DNA from: Octopus vulgaris
Taxonomy: Eukaryota
DNA: 64,000 bases
Assembly: GCA_951406725.2 (NCBI GenBank)
Contig: OX597822.1
Span: 115,940,001 to 116,004,000, forward strand
Direction: 5' to 3'
Under the pieces are notes generated by a model, which was not told the origin of the DNA, ran no database searches, and saw nothing but the letters and a program-made list of their open reading frames with translations. Shown here piece by piece: positions 51,991 to 64,000 of the stretch; the first letter of the stretch is position 1; each line of letters begins with the position of its first letter. Both the position numbers and the translations under genes were made by a program.

Positions 51991-53369
51991 ATCTTTTGTG
52001 CTTGAATCCATTGAATTTGTTCCACTTTATAAGGTTTCCTTTCTAAATCATTCAACACAAACTGGTGCCATTCCATTTTATTTTTGCCATTTCTCTCAAA
52101 CTGCTCAATGAAATGGTTTGAATTTTCTAAATCCTCCAAAAGTCTTTCAACTTTTCTACTGCAACAGTTTCTCTGTTTGTCTTTTGTAGTTGAAAGCTCA
52201 TTCTGCTTTCTTAATCCTTAACTATTCTCTTAATATTCATAAATTTTGGCGATTTGCAGTGCATTGCAACACTGATAAGAGATTTCTTTACTATTATCGA
52301 AGCCTGAACAGTTCTTTTGAGGTAAGTTGCTGCCATACTATAAGAACATTGACACTTAAGTCTGATTTGATTTTTTTCCACCAAGACCAATAAAAATCTC
52401 TTTCTCTAAATTTTCAAACAAGGTTTCCATTGACTTGCTGGAGTTGTTCTATTTTTTGTTATCAGAAGTTCATTCTGCTATCTTCATTGTTTCATAAAGT
52501 TTTGAATGTTCATAAATTCAGATGATTCGCCCAGCATCACAAAAGTCGAAAGGAATTTTGGTGCTACTTTAGCATGTGGTCAACTGCAGTATCTATAGTC
52601 TATGCTTTGAAATGACTTGATCTGGGCTAGGGTTAGGAACACTTTGAAATTACAGACTGAAAAGTCAGAAGGCCAAGGTGTGTTAGTGCCTTTTCATGTC
52701 TGCACAAGAAATGTTGTTCTTCATGCTTGTATAGTATTTTGAAAGTGATGAATATAATTTTCTTATTTTCCTGTTATTTGGTCATTTTTAATTTACTTCC
52801 TCATTCTCTAATTATCAACCTGCATCAAGTAACTTTTTTTTAACATTATCTCCATCATTACTGACGGCTCAGGTACTCTAGTGTCAAAATAAACACCCAA
52901 GAGAGGAAAAAAACTAAAAGTTTGCTGATTATCACAGTCCATCTTAAGAGCACACTGTTTAAGAATTTTGGCTAGAATATCAGATACAAACATAGAGTAA
53001 AAAATTTCCATAGACGACAGCAATGTACATATATGGTGATTATAAACATAGGTTGCAGAAAGAATAGGAAGGTGATGTCTTATTGTGTGCAACAAATTAT
53101 CCACTAAACGGAATTGAGCAAAATGCTCAGGCGAGAGGCCAAGTTAGTGACTGTGATGGTTTTGCCAGGTTAAAAATAGATGAAATTTTAGAAATAAATA
53201 GATATAAATTTTAAGAGTCCCCCAGTGATGATAAACATAAATGACAACAGGAATTATCAAAAAATAACTAATATTTTTATCTGATTCATACTTACTTGAA
53301 AATAATAAAGAGACATCAGTTCTTATTGTATCCAAAATTAAAACAGAATTCTTGAAAAGATAACTTTAC
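51991..53369 (-). pseudogene. Decayed large coding exon bounded by splice sites; tentative RNF213-like N-terminal region
   Basis: Acceptor tttattttttttttattcAG (53371-53370) and donor AAGAT|GTATGT (51990). ORFs 53144-53335 and 52808-53104 are in the same frame, separated by one TAA. The last 75 codons before the donor are open and the region is free of recognisable repeats. Family assignment rests on recalled similarity only. Confidence 0.45.
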
Positions 53370-54151
53370 CTGAATAAAAAAAAAATAAACAAATGTAAGT
53401 TTGGAGAATTAAAAATATATATTAGTATTTATTAGTAAACAGATATAAACAGAATTTAATGAAAGGCTCGTACATCTTGTAAATCATTTGAACAAAATTT
53501 CTAAAAAAGTAATGGAGAAAAATGCATCAGGCAGCAAAACTAAAACCAATGTTTTCTTGTAAGAAACCATAAAAGTTTGAAGAAAAGTATCCACTTGATA
53601 AATTTCAGCAACCATTTACAGCACACTGATTGTTTACATGACCTAGATTGCTTGCAAGGACAGCAGATTGGCTATTTATTCTGTAATGAATATCAACAAC
53701 ATGGCTGACAAAGTAGTAGAAATCACTGAGACGTGAATAAATTTAGGGGAGGAGAAAGTGAGAATTACAAATTACCACCACCGCCGCCACCGCCTGCCGT
53801 CATGACCACCATCTTCACTATTGTTGTTTCTGTTTGTTTTCCCCTCCCCACGATGGTGTTCACAACCCAGGAAAAGCACACTATTTGTTTTGCAACCAAC
53901 TCTCTCTCTCCCTCGGTGTATTTGTTTATATATTTATTTATTTACTTTATACCACAATTAGTGAGCAATAAGCATTGTTCTATACAGATTTCCAACAAAC
54001 CAATCTCTGGTTCACTGCATATCTGACTCTCACAGTAAATAGGGAGTGTCCAATTCAATGCAAGGAGCTACATTGGTAAAGCACTGTGTTGTTTATTTAT
54101 TTATTTTTTTCTTGAAGATAGCTAGATTCTATTCTGATATAAATCAAAGAA

Positions 54152-54228
<77 letters not shown>

Positions 54229-54629
54229 TCCATCCATCAAATTCCAAAGATATTGGTCAACCCAAGGCTACGACAGAAGGCACTCACTCAAAGTGTCATG
54301 GTGTAGGGCCAAACATGGGACTGACATGGTTGTGGAGTGGACTTTTTAATGATACAGAACTGCTGCCTGCAGCTGAACTGAGAGTTGAACCTACTGGTCT
54401 CCTTGACTTATTGGAATCCTTGTCAAACCATCTAACCCGTGTGCCAGCAGGGAACATGGATGTTAAATGATGATGACGACGGTTCCTGATACTAAAAACT
54501 AGCAGACATTGCCCTGAAACGTGGTCTGGTCTGTGAATGCTCAAGATAAACATCGCATTGGCTTTATATGTGAACAAGCACAATAACAGTTATCAGGTGG
54601 CTTTACAACAAGGCAGCAACACTCTAAGT

Positions 54630-54631
<2 letters not shown>

Positions 54632-54667
<36 letters not shown>

Positions 54668-54849
54668 ACTCACACACACACACACACACACACTCACACA
54701 CTCACACACACACACACACTCACACACACACACACATACACACACACACATACACTCACACACTGACACACACACACACATACTCACACACTGACACACA
54801 CACACACATACACACACACACATACACATACACTCACACACACACACAC
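54632..54849. repeat. Long compound (CA)n microsatellite
   Basis: Direct observation. Confidence 0.95.
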
Positions 54850-56206
54850 AAGTATCATATGCAAATGCACAACGCATATCGGTAAAATATAGAAAATTGC
54901 ATACAGCCAAGTAATTGGTGATTGGTAATTAAAAAGCAGATTCTTGCAGCCTCCAGACAAGAGAGAGAAGTGGAAGCTAGCAGGAAGTTCAAACAGGCAT
55001 GTGCTGTTAGTCTATCATGCCACCATGCTTCATACCAGTCGAGAGACAGCAATAAAAATAACACATCAGATCTGCTTTTAAAGTAGATTAGCAGAAAGAT
55101 ACCTCTGTTTTCAGTTCAGTATGTTGTAATGAAAGAAAAGAGGGGGAGGGGGCGGGAAGACAGAAAATATACAATAAACAAAAATGAAAACAACAATTTG
55201 AAGAATATGCACATCCTGCCTACTGAGACACATCAAGTAACTGATGTGCTCCACCTCGAAAAAACATTGTGGACCTCCCCTTGGTGTAGATGAGTGAGAG
55301 TGCATGTGTGTTGACATAACTGGTAGATATGTTTCCCATATGAAACAACAAACAAAACAAAAGAAGATCTGATGAGAAACTGATGGTCAGAGCAAGATGT
55401 AACATGTTCTCTGTGTGTGATTCAGTTCCCGAGAACAGAGTCATTTCTGAAAAGCTATTATACTGACAATTAGAAACCTATTTCAGCATGTGATTAGGTG
55501 AAATAAGGAAGAAAAACAAAGCTACAATAACCCTAATATCAGATGAAAATAATTGGCCTTTTCATATGAAACATAAACAAACAGCTTAGATTGTTCTACA
55601 GCAGCGATACCACAATCAAGTTTCAATTCTCAATGGTCCCCACTTCATTTATTTTGCTAATTCTCTTGAGATAGGTATCAACATCACACAATCCCATTCG
55701 TCTTCACACCTAAAAGACCGAGGTAACAAAATATTTTAGAGTGAAAGAGATAGCTGAGACAATAGAACAGAAAGCTAAATGTTTTACATAAATAGGTTTC
55801 ATGTGTCATTAGAATGTTCACATTCTTTACAGTTCTAACTTTGCTTTCCAATCCTCCCAGGTTGATGAAAATAACTGTCCATAATTTACCAGAATCAGTT
55901 CAATTGAGAACTGCTTTACTCATTCAAATAAAAACTTGTCTACCACATCAGCATCTAAAGACAATCAGCAATAGAATATTTTCCCATTTGTTCTTACGTC
56001 TGTTTTTCTATGCTAGCATGAGTTAGAGAAATACATATATTATTGCTGCATTGCTTTGCAACTGGAAGCTCTTCGTGTCACTAACCTTTGTAAATTTTCA
56101 GGGAATCACTTATTTTTACACATCTTCAAAAGCACTGAGCTAGGGGATGATTTGACAGAGAAAATGAAAAACTTCCCTGCTTGTGACTCAGTGCTTTTTA
56201 TACAAG

Positions 56207-56252
<46 letters not shown>

Positions 56253-59200
56253 ACATACATTCACCGTTGACTTCATTCAGTTTCCATCTACCAAATTCAC
56301 TCACAAAGGCCTAGGGTAGGAGACAAGCCAAAGGTGATGCCCAATGTGACAGAATCTGAAATGGTTTAAAAGCCCAGTTCTCAATCACACAACCTACCAT
56401 AGCTGTACCTACCACAGCTAATATTCTGATCCTTATATTTGTAAGAAACAAAACAAGGCATTTACTACAACAGCAGCCACCCTTCTGAATAGGCTAAATC
56501 ACACGTCCCCTCCACCCAGGCGGGTCCAACACATACTTGCTGCCCCCTCTTGTTACTCCTGCTGCTTCAATCTCCAGATCCTGCCATAAATACCTTGTTC
56601 CAATCCTTCTTCTTAAAATAGCTTTGCTCTACAATTTGCTCTCTACCCACGTTATTTCCTGTAGACATTTCAGCTGAACATCAACCCTACTGTTATCATC
56701 AGTCTGCAAAGGTCTACAAAAGTCATTAATATCGCCCCACCCCACCCCCCTCTAACAAACTCAAATCTTGTTTTAGTCAACTTTGTCATTCCTTCCTCTG
56801 AGGTCAATAAATAAATATTAGTGATGTATGAATCACCAGTGTCTTTGCTTTTTAAATCAATGATCTTATTTCAATATGAGAAATTATTATCAACATTATT
56901 ATAGAAGCAGAGTTATTAGAAAGCACAGAGGAGTAACACAAGAGATAATTTGAGGTCAGCGTTTCAGTAGATGATGATTTTGAGGTAGAAACTCTGCTAA
57001 GGTTGAGGTTGTCTTTCTAATTTCACACCAAAATATCTATGAGCAATACAGTAATTAATCATATTCTTTAGGGTCAAATAATTGAAGAAAAATTCATTAC
57101 AATAAAAACTAATCTAAAAGTGAAAAGATAGACTTTTGATTTCATTTGAGAAAGAAACAATTTTTGTACCAGATGTACATTATCAATTTGGCCAGTATAT
57201 ATTACTGGTATATTCGGTGGAAACATTTCAATTTTGTATGTAATGAGCAAACCACTAAATATTATTATGGCATTTAGCATGTGAGGGGACTGTTTTTATT
57301 GATATGGGGAACATAGAAGAGTTGAATTTCAATTAGCCTCAATGCTGGGTACCTCCAGTTTATGGTACTTCCTTAATCTTATACCTATCATAATTCCTTG
57401 CATGACTTAACAACAAAACTGGCCAATGTCTTATACTTGCTGAGCTTTCAATTAGTAAAATAAATATGGTGGTAGTTCTTTTCATGGTTCAATGACGAAC
57501 AGAGAAAGAAATAAAGAAAGAAAGCTGATTGCACTTGTCTTGAAAAGGTCATTGTTCTATGATTCTTCCTGAATCACAACATCAACACAAATATACAAAC
57601 ATCTGTTACTTTTATTCTTATCTCTACCACTTTATGTTTGCACCCATATGGCAGTGACAGGTTTAAAGTCAGTAATCCCCTTATTAATTACTTACATCCT
57701 GTAACCCTCAAGATTCAAGTTTAAAAAAACACAAAACGACATTGAAATCCAATTTTAAAGCACAATACTTTCACATTGAAAGACTTCAGGACAATGGAAC
57801 AATTTTCTAAGGGTTTTGAAACAGAAATAGCTAAAATTTCAAAATTCCCATATAGACTAATAATGTTTGTAGTAATAACTGTCATACTATCCATATAAGG
57901 CCACAACAATGCACACAACTTAATTATCTCTGTCAAGAATTCTAATTGCATTATTTTTTTTTCTCCTTCTAATTATCTTAGTGAGCAGAAAGAATTAAAA
58001 GTAGAAGGGAGGTTTTAAAAGCAACTAAATTACACTTGACTAAAATTTAACCCTACTTAGTGATTTCAAGTTACATTCTCTGATTCAGCAAAGAAAACAT
58101 ACTTCATAGCACCAAAAGCAAAGCAAGCACAACGGACACAAACAACCTGTCTAACCATGAATTAAACATTTACTGACCTTGTTGGTGCTAATATGGAAAG
58201 AGAACTATTAAAGTGCGAAATAAAAATACACTGCTCTAACAAGTATTCTTTAAGCCAATTGAGATTCCAACCTATCTAAAACAATTTTAAGCCTAAATCA
58301 ATGTTTTTAAGTGATTCATTAAAAAATGTTGATAATTGGGGTTGTAGTATTTATTATTTTCATAAGTATGATTCATGTTGAGTAAACTGACGAATATTTC
58401 TTCCAATTAAAAATATTTTGGCTAATACTCTATTAAACTCACAAAACTGACTATATTTTGTCCAATCAAAAATTTTCATCCAATGTGCCATCTTAACTAA
58501 AAATATGCATGAAAAAAACACAACATAAAGTATATTTGTTAAAAAAAACACTGAAAGAAGAGAAAAAAATTACTAAACAACATCTCACGTTAACTTCAGT
58601 TTTAACATTTATTTTCTTTGAATGCATGATGGAACAAAGTCTTTCTAAGAAAAAGAACCATCAAAGCAAACAAGGCAATCTTACATCACTCAACTTATCT
58701 AACAAAGTATTTGCTATAAATAAATTCCAGAATGAGAAATATAAAAAATTAACCCTAAATTACATGATTCTCACAACATTCATCATTAAAAAATATATCT
58801 TGAATGAAAACTCTGGAATGTTTTGCTCAATTTGATCCCCCATTGATATATTCACAACCAGTTACAAACCTTAGAAAATTGACAAATTGCTACTGACCTT
58901 CGCAGTAATTTGTTTTCAGTTAATACTTTACAAAGAAAATTAATAAACTACTAAAACAACTCATGACCTAATCTCGGGTTCTGTACATAAAAGCATCAAT
59001 GGTTAGTTCTAAAGAATGTTTATGATGGAAGGCTTCTCTTAATATAAGTATGGTATTTACTACTTTTAGTTTATTTAAACAGTTCTATATTATTTTTCTA
59101 TACCAGCACAGCTTAGTTGGTCTGAAGCAAGAAGTAAACTTGTTTAATTTTTAAGTTCACAGTTGAATGGCTCCCAGCCGATAGGGCATCCAGCTGTAAA

Positions 59201-60554
59201 AACAATTGCTCCAAGTGTCTCCAAATAGCCATAATCCCTCTCCCCTCAACAATAAGAAACAAAAAATGTTGATATAACACTAAAAAAATAAAAGAGAAAA
59301 AACATCCTTATTAGGTGGCTCAATGGAATACAGTTTAATGGTCTTCAATTAAAACTGTTTGTAACAAGAAGAGACAAACATAGCTGAACAATGATTAAAT
59401 CAGCCAAACGAAGCCAAGGGAGACAACCCAATGTCCACAGACATGACACCCTGAACCTACCCTTGAAATCCAGGAACCATAATCCACAGGAGAAAACAGC
59501 TGTACCATGAACTTTTGAAAGTCTTGTTAAAGATGCACATCTCCCAGTTTCACTATCTTCCCTGTGAAGAAGACAGATCTAATGGCACGGATGACCTAAA
59601 ATGACTCATTACCAATTCCCAGCCACCGGAATCAGCCAGAAATCCAGTCTGTTGGAACTGCCTTTTGACCAATTATCACAGTTTCTTGGGGCTTTTTTTT
59701 TTCTTTCTCTCAGAATAACCATCCTCAGAGTTTATCTTCCTTGTCTCACTAACAAAGTAGCAGAGAAGTGCAGAGAAGACTTCCACTACCCTACATTCTG
59801 TTGAATATGTTTTGATGAAAACTACGGTTCTGTCACTCCTAAAAGTTGTCTTAATGAATGCTCATTTACCATCTCCTCTATTTCTATGCACACCAAAAAC
59901 AAAAGAATTGTTTTTTTTTCCATTTGCAATAATGCCAAATGTAGGAGTTGCTTTCCACACTAATCTTAAATTTGATTCCTCTAGAGCATAATTTCAGTAG
60001 TTTGCTATTAAGGGACTTTAAAAAATTTTTTTTTATTTTTATTTTACACACACACATTTGTACTCAAACCTCACCCAATTTTTTTTTTTTTTTTTTTTGC
60101 TTTTTCCTAGCATGCAGCTTTTCACAACTCACAAAAGAAAAAGACAAAACCAAAAATCCTCAAAATCAAATTCATGAATAAGCTTTTACAATTTTGTTTA
60201 ACACACACACACACACACACACACATGTAACAGACCTGAGAAAATTAATCATAAAAGGCTTGTGAGAGAGAAAAAAAACTATTTGTTAGATATAATGCAT
60301 TTAACATATTTCAGCTGAAAATATAAAACAAATATTAACAACAATACTGAATCAAATAAAGCTGTAAATCTTTGCCTTTTCTTTCCCAAACAACAGAGAA
60401 TGACAATAAATTTCCAGGAATATTACAACCATTTCACCAGGATCTTTTAGTATATACAGCCTGAAGGCTTGAAATGCAGAACAAAGGGTTGTTTGTTAAA
60501 GAAAAGCATCAGAGCACAAATGTATATAAAACATAAAAGATAATAGACTACATA

Positions 60555-60748
60555 TCATCATCATCATCATCATCATCTAACGTCTGTTTTCCATGCTGAC
60601 AGAGGTTGGACAGTTTGACCGGAGCTGATAAGGCCAAACACCACACCAGACTCCATTGTCTGTTATGGAATGGTTTCTAGGATTGGATGCCCATCCTAAT
60701 GCCAACCTCCACAGAGTGTACTGGGTGCTTTTTATGTAGCACCAGTAC
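60555..60748 (-). mobile_element. RTE-type 3' tail (family D), diverged
   Basis: (ATC)n then AACGTCTGTTTTCCATGCTG...GGATGCCCATCCTAATGCCAACC...GGGTGCTTTTTATGTAGCACC. Confidence 0.8.
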
Positions 60749-60765
60749 TTTTACGTGAATTTATA

Positions 60766-60817
<52 letters not shown>

Positions 60818-60885
60818 CATACCCATAAATCCAAAATGAAGTACATTCTAAAGCATTAAAACAATAATACTTAGAAAGTCATAAA

Positions 60886-61024
60886 TTATGGTCGGTGAGA
60901 GAGTGACCAATTAGTTTTGCACCTATATAAAGCTCTTCAATGTATAGGTGACTCATGAAACTTGTTAACCAGAGGCACACAACCACTCTACAACTGATAA
61001 TGGTCACACTCCGATCAGCCATAA
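60886..61024. repeat. Degenerate fold-back element between (TA)n tracts containing a hammerhead relic
   Basis: TTATGGTCGGTGAGAGAGTGACCA pairs imperfectly with TGGTCACACTCCGATCAGCCATAA. Minus strand reads TTGAAGA-GC..TATATAGGTGC-AAAA-CTAATTGG-TC. Confidence 0.45.
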
Positions 61025-61033
61025 CATACAACC

Positions 61034-61102
<69 letters not shown>

Positions 61103-61274
61103 AATTCAAAAGGATATCATGAACAAACATCCTAGTTGGTCAAACACCAAAAACGTTTGTTTATTTTATCTTTTTGAATATATTTTCTTTGTCTCGGTTT
61201 TACTTGAGCACTTCTACCTGCGGCCCTATATTTATTTTTTCTGGTTTCTATTAGAAAAGCAAAATTATAAAAAC

Positions 61275-61307
<33 letters not shown>

Positions 61308-62573
61308 ATAAGATTTTACATAGGCACAGATGTGACAAGAAGCTTGCTTACTAACCACATGGTTCCAGGTTCAGTCCCACTGGGAAAGTACCTCCAGTGT
61401 GAATGCCAAGCAGTACAGCATTTCATTTCCAAATTTCTGGTAGAGTGAATTGCATCATGGTTATATTTTTCTTACAGATGGTGCCCAACTGACCCCACTA
61501 TACTATGTAATCAACAAAATGAAAAACAAACAGTGCACATGTGCAAAATTAAAACAATGAAATAACGACAATTTACCCATCCCACCCTGTCTATATGACT
61601 GTCCTCTACTTTCTTCTGCTACATCTTGTAAGGTTTTGATGGGCCCAGCACTATAGAAAACATTTGCCCAAGGTGCCACACAGTGGGAGTGAACTTGAAA
61701 CTATGTGGCTGTGAAAAAATTTCAACCACACACCCATACTACATACATATCATCAACATCAAGGTTTTAGGACTGCTTTTTCATGCTGGCATGAGATGGG
61801 TAGGGCTTTTGGGGGCAGTATTTTACAAGATACTGTTCCCGAAGGCAACTCTTTACATTTTCCACATATGACAAACAGGTATGGGATATACAATTTTGCA
61901 AAAACAAGATATACATTGATAAACACACACACGGATTATTAAATAGCCTTTCCATGTTCCCTGAAGCTAACTTTTACAGCTGTCTACAAGCACTTTCTTG
62001 GAGCTTACTCCCACAGCTGTCTCTCCATTTGTGCACATTTCAGAAGGTGGTGGATTCCCTTTCACCTCTACCTCCAAATACCTAACAAACTTTTGGCATT
62101 AACAGATAAACTTCCCACACTATTAGTTTATTAAATCAAGGGTTTATCATTGCCATCTCACAGGAATGGTTTATTTTGAGAAATAGCAGCCAAATCTCTC
62201 TCAAACCACATCCTTCTGTATGTCAAGAAAGATCAAGAAAGATAAAAGAAAACCGAGAAACAAATAAACTAAAGAGTTGTCAGGAAAGGAAAGGTTTAGA
62301 AATACTTTTGCATCAAAGCAAAATGTTTTCATCCTTTCTTCAGCCTACCTAAGCTTTCTTCTTCTTCTTCTGTCAGCCTCTCTCTCTCTCTCTCACTCAC
62401 CCTCTCTCTCATAGTGGATTATTTAGAGAGAGTGATAGTGAATGAGAGATGCGTAAACAGAGGGAAAGAGGAAAATGCTAGTGATTTCAGCAGTATTGCT
62501 GACATAAACAATTTGCTTCAAAACTCTTCTTGAACAATGTCCCAAATCAAACTCTAAGGCTTGAATAATGGTG

Positions 62574-62622
<49 letters not shown>

Positions 62623-63132
62623 TATTAACCAATACAACAAGCCTCTGATATCAGAAAACATGGGATGGTCACAACTTGAAGGCCTTTTTAACCATAGGTT
62701 TATTCCATTAGGATTGATTGGGATTAAACAACAAGCACAACAACAACAATGAAACCAGTAAAGGAATACAAAACTGAATGAACCCAAATGGGATTATCAA
62801 CGGTTTCCAAGTACAGAATTCCTTAAATAAAATCCTATATAAATAGCACCAACAACTGATGCGTATGTGATGTTCTCCAGGCATTAAAAACAGTGTCACA
62901 TTAATGGAAGCCTCCTTTTAATAACTTAACACAAGCATGCTATAATTGTGCATACCTACATTGCCCAAAAGTAATGCAGGCAAGTCAAGTATATTCATTA
63001 TGTTAAACATAGTCATCGTACGCAAGGAAATTAGATAACATTTTAAATGACAGATGAATTTTACCTTCTAACAAGATTAAGATCAACAACTAAGCCAAAC
63101 AAAAAAAAAAGATAAAGTTAGTAAATTATGTA

Positions 63133-63522
63133 GGTGTAGGAGTGGCTGTGTGATAAGCAGCTTGCTTATGAACCACATGGTTCCAGGTTCAGTCCCACTG
63201 CATGGCACCTTGGGCAAGTGTCTTCTACTATAGCTTCAAGCCAACCAAAGCCTTGTGAGTGGATTTGGTAGGCAGAAACTGAAAGAAGCCCGTCGTATAT
63301 ATGTATATATGCTTGTGTGCCTGTGTTTGTCCCCCCAACATTGCTTGACAACTGATGATGGTGTGTTTACGTCCCCGTAACTTAGTGGTTCAGCAAAAGA
63401 GACCGATAGAATAAGTACTGGGCTTACAAAGAATAAGTCCTGGGGTCGATTTGCTTGACTAAAGGCGGTGCTCCAGCATGGCCACAGTCAAATGACTGAA
63501 ACAAATAAAAGAGTAAAGAGTA
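63133..63522 (+). mobile_element. tRNA-derived SINE, family A, full-length reference copy
   Basis: A-box-like TGGCTGTGTGA, B-box-like GGTTCAGTCCC, CCTTGGGCAAGTG core, TA/GT hinge, tail ending AAAAGAGTAAAGAGTA. Confidence 0.92.
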
Positions 63523-63846
63523 CCCAACAACAGTGTTTTCCTATCTAATGCACGTTTTTATGTATGTAAGCATCCGTGACGGAGACCCCTACATGGCAGG
63601 ATCCCCTGAAATAAAATATCCTCATCGTTTTAAGGTCCACTTTTCTAAGCTTGTATGGGTTAGATGAAATTCATTAGGGCAGCAGAGTTCCACCAGTTTC
63701 TATGTACAAATTCACTCAGAAAGCATAAACCAACCTGAAGCTACGGAAGGAGATACAAGCTGAAAACGTTGTGTATAGGGACTGAGCTTGAAACCATGGG
63801 GCTGGTTGCAAAATGAACTTCTTAATAAAGCCATGCCTGCATCTAT

Positions 63847-63883
<37 letters not shown>

Positions 63884-63884
<1 letters not shown>

Positions 63885-64000
63885 GGCACATGGCTTAGTG
63901 GTTAAGGTGGTGCACTCACAATTGCAAGATCAGGGTTTGATTCCCAGACCCAGGCATTGCATTGTGTTCTTGAGCAAAGCACTTCATTTCATGTTGCTCT
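63884..64000 (+). mobile_element. CORE-like SINE, family C, running off the window end
   Basis: GGCACATGGCTTAGTGGTTAAGG...GGTTTGATTCCCAGACC...GTGTTCTTGAGCAAAGCACTTCATTTC. Confidence 0.85.

Noticed and set aside
58170-58935. Two minus-strand AAG|GTCAGT donor-like sites suggesting micro-exons
   Set aside because: Implied exons of 10 and 28 nt are not frame-preserving, one acceptor is weak, and such motifs arise by chance.
63133-63200. tRNA genes at SINE heads (also 31923, 49655, 63884)
   Set aside because: Only A/B boxes are recognisable, I could not build a complete cloverleaf, and each continues into a SINE body.

Overview
This is AT-rich, repeat-dominated animal genomic DNA with no intact protein-coding gene, rRNA, tRNA gene or CRISPR array that I can support. 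The SINE, RTE and microsatellite make-up strongly resembles Octopus; this is an inference from recalled repeat families. Most of the window is interspersed repeats: several tRNA-derived SINE families, decayed RTE LINEs (one with a PHD-like finger inside ORF2), a decayed CR1/L2/Jockey-group RT, and a Penelope-like RT-tail/GIY-YIG fragment. DNA-element relics include two non-autonomous Helitrons, hAT and piggyBac-like MITEs (some nested) and a Tc1/mariner fragment; very long (TA)n/(CA)n tracts are frequent. The most notable signals are: (1) small fold-back elements lodged in (TA)n tracts that carry type I hammerhead ribozyme motifs, one nearly intact at 12626-12696; (2) a splice-site-bounded, ~1.4 kb decayed minus-strand exon (51991-53369) with an internal domain duplication and a tentative RNF213-like resemblance; (3) modular SINE tail-swapping at an internal (GT)n hinge. 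Repeat boundaries were read by eye and are approximate unless termini are quoted.
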